Below, piece after piece: positions 56,757 to 64,000 of a DNA stretch of 64,000 bases (within the stretch, counting starts at the first letter, position 1; the number at the start of each line of letters is the position of its first letter). The position numbers and the translations under genes are program-made. Location of the stretch: NCBI GenBank assembly GCA_016861265.1, contig BOLA01000001.1, positions 459,569-523,568 of the forward strand, in the 5' to 3' direction. The stretch is from Patescibacteria group bacterium. GTDB lineage: Bacteria > Patescibacteriota > Dojkabacteria > J137. Below the pieces are notes generated by a model. It saw only the letters and a list, made by a program, of their open reading frames with translations, was not told the DNA's origin and ran no database searches.

Positions 56757-57272
56757 CTTTAGCAGCTCAACTTCTTTTTTCAATTCATTGATTTGTTTCT
56801 GAAGTGATATAGTCTCAAAACTTCCAGCAAAACTATATCTAATGTATAAAGCAAAGATTAAGATTAGAATACTTACCAGTAGGACTACTACTCTTAACAC
56901 CCCTATAATAAAGTTCAATACTTCAGAGTAAAGGTTAGACTGATACTTATCGATCGGCTCGTTAATTCCATTATTTAAAATATTATTTATTGTATTGGAA
57001 ATATTAATTTGAACATTAGAAACTTGAGTTAATGTTTTATCAACTGATCTTAGGTTTTGGGCAAGTATGGTGTTTTCAAAATTTGATTCTACAAAGCTTT
57101 TGTAAATAGAAGGCAGAAACAGAGTAGATAATGCAATTAGCACTGTCACTGGAAATAAAATCTTAATAAACAATAAACTTAATCCCAGTATTTTTCTATA
57201 AAAAACAAAACCTAATGTAATACAAATAATGGCGAATAATATAATAAGTGTTAGTATGTCATTAATATTCAT
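56748..57272 (-). CDS. Hypothetical membrane protein with a C-terminal coiled coil
   Basis: Two to three TM helices, a C-terminal LQKQINELKKEVELLKSK, no family assignment. Confidence 0.4.
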   Translation of the reverse strand: MNINDILTLIILFAIICITLGFVFYRKILGLSLLFIKILFPVTVLIALSTLFLPSIYKSFVESNFENTILAQNLRSVDKTLTQVSNVQINISNTINNILNNGINEPIDKYQSNLYSEVLNFIIGVLRVVVLLVSILILIFALYIRYSFAGSFETISLQKQINELKKEVELLKSK

Positions 57273-57335
57273 ATTCTTTAAACAGCAAATTAAATTATAG
57301 GTATAATTTACATTGAATAGATTATTATTACCATT

Positions 57336-58148
57336 ATGAAAACTTTTAAGTTAGGTAACCAGCACATTCCCGCAATAGGCTTTGGAACATGGAAACTGAC
57401 AAGCATTGTATGTACAGATTCGGTAAAGATGGCCTTAGATATCGGATACAGACATATAGATACTGCAGATATTTATGGCAACCACAAGGAAGTTGGCATT
57501 GCGCTTAAAAACTCAGGGCTTAAAAGAGAGGATCTTTTTCTAACTTCCAAGGTCTGGTATACAAATCTGAAAAGAGAAAAAGTAATTGATTGTGCAAAAA
57601 GAAACCTAGATGAATTGCAGACTAATTATATGAATCTTTATTTAATTCACTGGCCTAATAGAAATATTGATATTCGGGAAACGGTAGAAGCACTTGAGGA
57701 ATTAAAAAGAGAGAATCTTATTATGGATTGGGGTGTTTCAAACTTTAACGAACATCATATTAAAGATTGTGTTGATTTTGGATTTAAACCAATAAATAAT
57801 CAGGTTGAATTTCACCCGAGCTTTTACCAAAGAGATTTAAAACAGTTTGCAGATGACAATAATATTCTGTTAACTGCATATTCACCTTTAGGACAAGGCT
57901 ATGACTTAAACTTACCCGAAATAATTGAATTGAGTTCAAAGTATGGGAAATCGGCCGCACAAATAATTTTGAATTGGATTAGTTCTAAAAATATTGTTGT
58001 AATTCCCAAAGCTACAATTTACGAACCTATAAAAGAGAATTTTGAAAGTTTAAATTTTACAATAGAACAGGAAGATCTAAACAAAATTGACGATATTAAA
58101 ATAAATAAAAGATTGTTAGAACCAGATTTCTCAGATTTTAATTATTAA
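57336..58148 (+). CDS. Aldo/keto reductase
   Basis: AKR catalytic tetrad context (HIDTADIYGNHKEVG...LIHWP) and a C-terminal IPKA motif, 270 aa. Confidence 0.85.
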   Translation: MKTFKLGNQHIPAIGFGTWKLTSIVCTDSVKMALDIGYRHIDTADIYGNHKEVGIALKNSGLKREDLFLTSKVWYTNLKREKVIDCAKRNLDELQTNYMNLYLIHWPNRNIDIRETVEALEELKRENLIMDWGVSNFNEHHIKDCVDFGFKPINNQVEFHPSFYQRDLKQFADDNNILLTAYSPLGQGYDLNLPEIIELSSKYGKSAAQIILNWISSKNIVVIPKATIYEPIKENFESLNFTIEQEDLNKIDDIKINKRLLEPDFSDFNY

Positions 58149-58150
58149 AA

Positions 58151-58564
58151 ATGGAAATAGTTATTGTAATTGTAGTAATTTTAATAGTTATTGCGATAGT
58201 TGCACTAGTTGCAAGTTCGTCAGGTGGAGAGGATGAAGCCCAGTGGAAGAAAATTGCGAAAAGCAATATATACAAAGCAGAGTCTAAAATTAATTCCAAT
58301 AACTACTACGAGGTAAAGGACTCCTTAGTTGAGTTAGATAAATTACTAGACTATCTACTTAAAAATAAGAGGGTTAAGGGAGAAACTTTAGGGGAGAGAT
58401 TAAAGAATGCTAGTCCAATGTTTACAAGAAATGACTATAATGACTTGTGGAATGCACACAAATTACGAAATCAATTAGTCCATGAAGTTGAACATAGTAT
58501 TAGTATTACTACCATCAAAAACAACTCAAGAACAATGGCTTCTATAATTAAAAAATCTATTTAA
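58151..58564 (+). CDS. Hypothetical membrane-anchored protein
   Basis: N-terminal TM helix (IVIVVILIVIAIVALVA), otherwise uncharacterised. Confidence 0.35.
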   Translation: MEIVIVIVVILIVIAIVALVASSSGGEDEAQWKKIAKSNIYKAESKINSNNYYEVKDSLVELDKLLDYLLKNKRVKGETLGERLKNASPMFTRNDYNDLWNAHKLRNQLVHEVEHSISITTIKNNSRTMASIIKKSI

Positions 58565-58596
58565 CGTATAGGCAATTTATATTGTAGAATATATTT

Positions 58597-59193
58597 ATGA
58601 TTAATATTAAAAGACCGAAATCTAAAACAGCATTAATAGCAGAGACAGCAAGCGAACATCTTTTTACTATTGCTGCAGGGTTGTTCGGAGTATTAATTTT
58701 AGGTCTTGGCACTTATATTGTGGTTAAATCGAATTCGGTAAAGACTTCAGGAGGTTCGGTTGCAGGTATTCAAATCGATAAAACAGAAAACTCCGAAACA
58801 GATCTATTGAATACAATTGCACAAGAATCCAATTATAAATATTTCTTTGATGCATTAACAAAGACAGGTTTATACAATACCTTAAAGGGAGAGGAAGTTT
58901 ATACTATATTAGTACCTTCTGACTCTGCATTCAAAGCTATGGGAGGATCTGAATTAAATAAATTATTTGCAAATAAAGATAGATTAACCAAGCTTGTTCA
59001 AAATCACATAATTAATGGAAAACTAAACAGGTTAGATTTTGACAAAGTAGAATTCATGAAAGCAGATAGCGGCAGATTAATTACAATTAAGAAGACCGAC
59101 TTAGGAACATTATTTAATAATTCCAAATTAATGAGTAGTGGGACAGAGGCTACAAATGGAATTATATACGAAATTGATTCTCTAATACTCTAA
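58597..59193 (+). CDS. Fasciclin (FAS1) domain protein
   Basis: N-terminal TM anchor, then YTILVPSDSAFKAMG...LVQNHIINGKL, which matches the FAS1 H1/H2 motifs. Confidence 0.7.
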   Translation: MINIKRPKSKTALIAETASEHLFTIAAGLFGVLILGLGTYIVVKSNSVKTSGGSVAGIQIDKTENSETDLLNTIAQESNYKYFFDALTKTGLYNTLKGEEVYTILVPSDSAFKAMGGSELNKLFANKDRLTKLVQNHIINGKLNRLDFDKVEFMKADSGRLITIKKTDLGTLFNNSKLMSSGTEATNGIIYEIDSLIL

Positions 59194-59678
59194 ACTAAGA
59201 TTGAAATCTCGCTAACTTTCTGATCAAGTATCTTATTACTCTTATCCATCTTAAAGTATGCATCAATTTTCTTACCTTCTAATACTTGGGGCAACCAGAA
59301 TTTGTCATCTGGCCACATTCTATCTAGAGGAAGTGAATTTACATTAAACCATTCCGGCTTCATTTCTTCTGATTCTCTTGGTTCACCTTCCCAATTCTCT
59401 ACAAAATATACATGAACAAATTGATCCCATTCAGGATTATCTGGAAATTCGAATTTAAGAATTGCAACTTTTTTTAGATCGTTTGGATTGATTGTTACAG
59501 TAATTTCCTCAAAAGCTTCTCTGCAAGCAGCATTTAATATGTCTTCTTCAGGATTAACTTTACCTCCCACACCATTAAACCAACCTGCACCGAAACCCCG
59601 CTTCTTCATTGCTAGCAGAACAGACGTTACATTGGAATCTAAAGACTCGACAAGAAAACAAAGAGTAGTATCTCTCAT
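59190..59678 (-). CDS. NUDIX hydrolase (MutT-like)
   Basis: Nudix box GGKVNPEEDILNAACREAFEEITV (GX5EX7REUXEEXGU). Confidence 0.8.
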   Translation of the reverse strand: MRDTTLCFLVESLDSNVTSVLLAMKKRGFGAGWFNGVGGKVNPEEDILNAACREAFEEITVTINPNDLKKVAILKFEFPDNPEWDQFVHVYFVENWEGEPRESEEMKPEWFNVNSLPLDRMWPDDKFWLPQVLEGKKIDAYFKMDKSNKILDQKVSEISILV

Positions 59679-59702
59679 TAAAATATTTTATTTATATCTA
59701 AA

Positions 59703-59924
59703 TTACATTGGCCTTTCTTCAGTATCTAGAAGTAATTCAGCCTGCTTTAACTTATTTTCACTTTCAAAGACTATATTGTCAAAATCTTTTTTTGTCTCTA
59801 CGGTTAAAAGTCCCGTTTCGGCAAATTGTTCCATTAAGTCTTTAGAAAATTCTAAAAGACGCTGCATTATTTCACTCAAATCTTCTAGAGTAGAGGCTAT
59901 CTCTAAAGCTTTATTTTCGTCCAT
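59703..59924 (-). CDS. Hypothetical small acidic protein
   Basis: 73 aa, helical and acidic, with a strong Shine-Dalgarno sequence (GGAGGT 7 nt upstream). Confidence 0.4.
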   Translation of the reverse strand: MDENKALEIASTLEDLSEIMQRLLEFSKDLMEQFAETGLLTVETKKDFDNIVFESENKLKQAELLLDTEERPM

Positions 59925-60077
59925 ATTGTTACCTCCTTTCCGTGTATTTAGTTAAGTTTAGGGTTAATAATTTCATCAGTCAACATGTTTTATAATCGTG
60001 AGCACAATTACATTTTGCCACCACAAATTGATATCTCCGTGATATAATATTTACGTGCTAACCAAAGGAGGTAACGC

Positions 60078-60389
60078 ATGAGACGTTTTGTTGATGCTTT
60101 GGTACTTGGGACGATCATTGCAATGGCAGGGATTGAATACCTCGCGTGGAGGACAAGCATAGAGTTAGGTCTGTACCTGCTCTTGTGCTACTCTGCAGTC
60201 TGGGCTGCGATTGTAATCGCAATTCGGGCAAGCGTGAGGGGAGATCTACTACGCCAAAAGGTGAGAGAGTTCCGGGAACAGGGCAGAGAGTACCACAGGT
60301 TTAGCCGGAAGATATGGCTGATTGCCCTTCTTCCGGGGATACTAGTGTTACTCGCGTTAGCCGTGAGGCTGCTTCAAACTCTTAGGTGA
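60078..60389 (+). CDS. Hypothetical small Arg-rich membrane protein encoded in a GC-rich island
   Basis: 103 aa with three TM helices. Strong Shine-Dalgarno sequence (aaggaggtaacgcATG). About 50% GC against a one-third background, and it uses Arg rather than the Lys favoured by neighbouring genes. Confidence 0.45.
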   Translation: MRRFVDALVLGTIIAMAGIEYLAWRTSIELGLYLLLCYSAVWAAIVIAIRASVRGDLLRQKVREFREQGREYHRFSRKIWLIALLPGILVLLALAVRLLQTLR

Positions 60390-60437
60390 TGCACATCACC
60401 CATGGTGCCGGAGGTGACTTCGGCACCCTTGGGGGGA

Positions 60438-60836
60438 CTAAGACTTAATCTTTTTTATAATTTCTTCAGCCTCCTCCTTTTTTAGTTCTGTTTTACTCCT
60501 AGGGTTAAAGTTTTCTGCTTCCTGCATATTACGCATAGGGTAGAGCTTGGCGTGTAAGTGATTTATTTCTAGTCCTTCAAACATTAAAATAGTACGCATT
60601 GTATTAAGTTTTTCATCTAACATTAACGCTATTTTTCGAACGTATTCCCAGTACCTATTCATAAACTCCTGACCATGGCTAAAAACATATGAGTCTTTTT
60701 GAACTTTCGGAATAACTAATGTTTGAGCATAACTAGATGGATAAGAGTCTAGAAAGGCCATAAAATCATCTTCTTCATCAAGAATGTATGCAGGAATTTC
60801 CCTTTGCGCAATTTTTTCGAAAATTGTTTTTTCCAT
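60438..60836 (-). CDS. HIT-family hydrolase
   Basis: IFEKIAQREIPAYILDEEDDFMAFLD...TLVIPK and a histidine-triad-like INHLHAKLYP. Confidence 0.65.
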   Translation of the reverse strand: MEKTIFEKIAQREIPAYILDEEDDFMAFLDSYPSSYAQTLVIPKVQKDSYVFSHGQEFMNRYWEYVRKIALMLDEKLNTMRTILMFEGLEINHLHAKLYPMRNMQEAENFNPRSKTELKKEEAEEIIKKIKS

Positions 60837-60921
60837 AAAAAGATTTGATTAAAAATGGTATACGATATTTAAAATGAATTTAAATACTGATTAATATTAT
60901 AATACACTTTAAATTTATATT

Positions 60922-61293
60922 ATGAGTAAATCAATCCAGGAGATCACCCACCAGATAGTCGAATTTGCCGAAGCAAGGGGCTGGAAAAACGAGAACCCTT
61001 CCCACTTACTAAATGCTATTTTTATTGAGATGGCTGAACTGGGAGAACACTATCAGTGGAAGAATGACTTTAATAAATTTAAGGATATGTCAGAAGAAGA
61101 TAGGACCTCTTTAGGCTTTGAATTTGTAGATGTAATATTTTACTTATTTAGATTGGCTCATAATAGTGGAATAGATATAGAAGAATACTTTGACAAGAAA
61201 CTCCCAAAATTAAACGAAAAGTTCAAAATTGGCACTGACTACGGTAAGGCCCACAAAGATTATAGGGCAACTGGGAAAAATAAACTATATTAA
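60922..61293 (+). CDS. MazG-like nucleotide pyrophosphohydrolase (small single-domain)
   Basis: EMAELGE...EFVDVIFYLFRLA fits the EExxE/D MazG helices, 123 aa. Confidence 0.6.
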   Translation: MSKSIQEITHQIVEFAEARGWKNENPSHLLNAIFIEMAELGEHYQWKNDFNKFKDMSEEDRTSLGFEFVDVIFYLFRLAHNSGIDIEEYFDKKLPKLNEKFKIGTDYGKAHKDYRATGKNKLY

Positions 61294-61299
61294 GGGGGT

Positions 61300-61335
61300 G
61301 GGGTGAAGAGCTGTCGGCATTTCGTACTTCACCCC
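61300..61335. terminator. Hairpin between the MazG-like gene and the GC-rich gene
   Basis: GGGGTGAAG-(18 nt)-CTTCACCCC with a U-rich tract on the minus-strand side. Confidence 0.45.
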
Positions 61336-61340
61336 GTTTG

Positions 61341-61748
61341 TTACATTAGATTGAGCGGCATTATTCCGTCTACTTCCAAGACGATCTTAGGCCCCAAAGG
61401 TTCCTCTGGGTTCACCTCAAGTCCCTTGGTCCAGAAACGGACTAAGCCAAAGTAGATCAGAACAAAGTTCTCTGCTATCCAGAAGTTTCTGAATACAACA
61501 TCTGAATTTGAAGCCAGAGTTACCTTTGTTCCTTTGACACCCTCAATGTTCAGAGGGGTCGTGTCCTCAGGTGCAAAGCCAGTCAGTTTATACCTATGAC
61601 CTCCCATCTGAGGAGTGCCTTCAATCAACCTGAAGATTGTCCTCTGTTTGCCCACAAAGACAAGATAGAACCCCTCGCCCTCGTGGATCAGCTCAATCCC
61701 TTTGATTGTATCGAGCATACACACTCCATCGCCGACAGCTGGTGACAA
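61341..61748 (-). CDS. Hypothetical protein in a second GC-rich island
   Basis: 135 aa, no recognised family, about 47% GC with atypical codon usage. Confidence 0.4.
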   Translation of the reverse strand: MSPAVGDGVCMLDTIKGIELIHEGEGFYLVFVGKQRTIFRLIEGTPQMGGHRYKLTGFAPEDTTPLNIEGVKGTKVTLASNSDVVFRNFWIAENFVLIYFGLVRFWTKGLEVNPEEPLGPKIVLEVDGIMPLNLM

Positions 61749-61818
61749 TTATAACAGCTAAATGCCATAATCTTAAATTATAAGATTATGTATAATAAGA
61801 GTAGTTAAATAAATTTAT

Positions 61819-62355
61819 ATGGAATTAGAAACAGCAACTTTTGCAGCAGGATGCTTTTGGTGTGTAGAGGCTATATTTGAGAGGGTTAAGGGAGTTTCGG
61901 AGGTGGTATCGGGTTATTCAGGGGGATTCATGGAAAACCCAACTTATGAACAGGTATCTAGTGGCAAGACGGGACACGCGGAAGTAACTCAAATAAAATT
62001 CAATCCCGACATTGTATCTTACAAAGACCTTGTTAATATTTTTTTTCTGACTCACGATCCAACAACCTTAAATAGACAAGGTAATGATGTAGGAACTCAA
62101 TATAGATCTGCAATTTTCTATCATTCTTTGGAACAAAAGAGAGCAGCAGAGGAAGCGAAGAAGGAAATTGAAGACAAAAAAATATATCAAGATCCGATAG
62201 TCACGACTATCGAAGAATTTAAAAGATTCTACTCAGCGGAAGACTATCATCAGGACTTTTATAATAATAATCAAGATTATCCTTATTGTAAAATTGTTAT
62301 TGACCCAAAGGTAGCTAAGTTTAGGAAAGAATTTATTGATAAAGTTAGTGAATAA
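61819..62355 (+). CDS. msrA: Peptide-methionine (S)-S-oxide reductase MsrA
   Basis: [19 protein letters not shown] active site and a conserved MsrA C-terminal region. Confidence 0.9.
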   Translation: MELETATFAAGCFWCVEAIFERVKGVSEVVSGYSGGFMENPTYEQVSSGKTGHAEVTQIKFNPDIVSYKDLVNIFFLTHDPTTLNRQGNDVGTQYRSAIFYHSLEQKRAAEEAKKEIEDKKIYQDPIVTTIEEFKRFYSAEDYHQDFYNNNQDYPYCKIVIDPKVAKFRKEFIDKVSE

Positions 62356-62381
62356 AAAAATGGGACTTGCGTCCCATTTTT
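62356..62381. terminator. Bidirectional rho-independent terminator after msrA
   Basis: AAAAATGGGAC-TTGC-GTCCCATTTTT between convergent genes. Confidence 0.75.
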
Positions 62382-62393
62382 AAGATTACCTTA

Positions 62394-64000
62394 TTACAGA
62401 GGTCTAGCAGGTTCTACTACACCCGGATCTGTTACATATGTCCCCTTTACAGAATTGGTTACTAGCTCGCTTATTTTAGTCAAACCATCTTCGTTAGCAG
62501 AACTATATCCATTAAAGTTCCCATCTGCTGCAGGATCGTATATTGAATCCACTGAACCACTTGCAAAAGAGGACTCAGTTAATGTGTACTTATTATTACC
62601 ATAACTAAAGATTAGGACATATTGTTTTCTAATACAATCTTCTACACAACCATTAACACCTCCATCTACAGGCATTATATCCATATAAGGCAATATATTT
62701 GGTTGGTCAATTTCGTAAGAGTAGAGATTAGCAGTAAGATTTTGTCCATTAATAGTTATGTTTGTTGATGTCTGTGATTTGTTACTAATATCACTCCACA
62801 ACATGCTGTTTAGTATGGCTTTTTCGTCGTCATTACTAGAGTAGATATTTACTGAGTAAGAAGTATCATCTTTAGAGTAAGATACCGTACCTAGTGCAAG
62901 AGGAGTATTAAAGTAGTTTATTGCAATACCATTGTAAGCATTAAACATACTATCTCCTAGTGTACCTGCAGGGTAAAAATTTCTATCTGTGTAATAACTG
63001 TCTGTTTGAACAAAGAAAGTATCTTTAGTTGAGTAGTTAAAGTAGGCATACTGATTTATAACACTTACAGAAGGAACTATAACGGAAATATTTTCTGCCT
63101 TTATATAATCCATAGTTTTTCTTATTTCATCATCTGGATTATAGGTGTTTACAGCTGTTGAATTATCTACTTGAATATCAATAATTGGTACATTGAATTC
63201 AAAATTAAAGTTTGAAGAAACACTAGCGAAATCTATATCGGCATTCTGATTAATAGTTTCAGTTGCTTCAATTAAATTATCGGAGCTAACAGAGTTAATG
63301 TATGTTTCAGTTTTTAATATCTGATAATCTTGTGTATCTGCATAAGTCAATGTAAACATTGTTTTATTATCCTGAGCAGTATCGTTGTCCCATCTATTAA
63401 GATTTATATAACCTGCACAGTTAACTTCGTAACTTGTTTGTACTACATAATAGTCTTTCCCATTTATTGTTTCAGTTCTTAGTACTTCAGCAGAGTCACC
63501 AAAATAATTTATTGGTTCAGCAGGTAGAGTTGTAGCCTCATTTGAACTTACTGAATCACTAGAGCTAACTGAAGATTCATTCTTAAGCATAGGTTCCTCA
63601 ACACCTGGTTCTGCAGAAACACTAAGTGGTCTAACATCTGTACTGTATTCTCCAGAAGTTCTAACAGCATAACTTCCACCAAAGAAAATTATGTTCTGAT
63701 ATGTATATTTATCTTGAGCCTGGTTACTTGTAGAAAGGGAGTAATTATTTACAGAATTATCGCTATTATAAGCAACATATTTTGAGTAATTTGCATTATC
63801 TGTATTGTAACTAAAACTTTCGTAAGTAGGTACAAATAAGACCTCGCTCTGATCAATTCCGTAATTACATGAATTAAATGCAGGACCTCTCGTTGTTGTC
63901 GTTTTGGAATAATAGTAATTAAACTCCGAGTTAATTGGAAGTCCTGGAGCAATGAGTTTGGAACTTGCAGCATCGCTTGCATTAAAAGATTCGGCAGTAG
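62394..64000 (-). CDS. Large Ser/Thr/Asn/Tyr-rich extracytoplasmic protein, 5' end beyond the window
   Basis: The reading frame stays open from the window edge to 62394. I hand-translated 63591..64000 (SAESFNASDAASSKLIAPGLPINSEF...EPMLKNESS) with no stop codons. The track ORF begins at the first in-frame Met. The composition is typical of a surface or S-layer-like protein. Confidence 0.5.
   Translation of the reverse strand, partial: TAESFNASDAASSKLIAPGLPINSEFNYYYSKTTTTRGPAFNSCNYGIDQSEVLFVPTYESFSYNTDNANYSKYVAYNSDNSVNNYSLSTSNQAQDKYTYQNIIFFGGSYAVRTSGEYSTDVRPLSVSAEPGVEEPMLKNESSVSSSDSVSSNEATTLPAEPINYFGDSAEVLRTETINGKDYYVVQTSYEVNCAGYINLNRWDNDTAQDNKTMFTLTYADTQDYQILKTETYINSVSSDNLIEATETINQNADIDFASVSSNFNFEFNVPIIDIQVDNSTAVNTYNPDDEIRKTMDYIKAENISVIVPSVSVINQYAYFNYSTKDTFFVQTDSYYTDRNFYPAGTLGDSMFNAYNGIAINYFNTPLALGTVSYSKDDTSYSVNIYSSNDDEKAILNSMLWSDISNKSQTSTNITINGQNLTANLYSYEIDQPNILPYMDIMPVDGGVNGCVEDCIRKQYVLIFSYGNNKYTLTESSFASGSVDSIYDPAADGNFNGYSSANEDGLTKISELVTNSVKGTYVTDPGVVEPARPL

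Noticed and set aside
59488-59955. 155-aa plus-strand ORF spanning the NUDIX and small acidic protein genes
   Set aside because: Antisense to two well-supported minus-strand genes. Ser-rich low-complexity translation.
63749-63982. 77-aa minus-strand ORF
   Set aside because: Out-of-frame overlap with the long open reading frame that continues from 62394 past the window end. Product looks like noise.
1-64000. Looked for CRISPR arrays, IS elements, integrases, rRNA and tRNA
   Set aside because: No direct-repeat/spacer arrays, no transposase or integrase-like ORFs, and no cloverleaf-like GC-rich segments outside the three GC islands discussed. Nothing to report.

Overview
This 64-kb window comes from a low-GC (roughly one-third GC) bacterial genome read in the standard genetic code. 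Gene content and protein style point to a small-genome, CPR/Patescibacteria-like organism: compact ribosomal operons, a short IF-2, N/K-rich proteins and many secreted or anchored envelope proteins. That taxonomic guess cannot be verified from sequence alone.

Housekeeping genes I recognise:
- A minus-strand ribosomal/RNA-polymerase cluster: infA, rpmJ, rpsM, rpsK, rpsD, rpoA, rplQ, rplM, rpsI, followed by a YraN-like gene.
- rpoB, rpoC, rpsL and rpsG ending in a strong terminator, with no fusA or tuf.
- recA, recJ, hup, infB, a FtsW/RodA-type SEDS protein, trxA, trxB, valS, a Mur ligase, msrA, a SufS-type cysteine desulfurase and a separate SufU-like protein.
- Cell-envelope genes: GT2 and tandem-GT4 glycosyltransferases and a dTDP-glucose 4,6-dehydratase.

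Findings worth a second look:
- A divergent Elp3-like radical-SAM/GNAT gene and a Trm9-like methyltransferase gene. Together they suggest an archaeal/eukaryote-type cm5U/mcm5U tRNA wobble-modification module in a bacterium.
- A minus-strand operon encoding a coiled-coil M23 peptidase whose LytM domain is cleanly circularly permuted, a dockerin-like secreted protein and a cohesin-like membrane protein. Elsewhere there is a cohesin-like surface protein with an LPNTA-type sorting signal.
- A 27-bp palindromic element present twice in intergenic DNA.
- Three GC-rich islands at about 7.9, 60.1 and 61.5 kb carrying small atypical ORFs; these could be horizontally acquired genes or structured RNA.
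- A T-box-like motif in the valS leader.
- A consensus promoter plus attenuator-like terminator in the rpoB leader.
- A cassette of two TrmB-type regulators and an XRE regulator around a FemAB/DUF2156-like gene.
- An ECF sigma, anti-sigma and CcdA cluster.

No rRNA, tRNA, CRISPR array or obvious mobile element was found.
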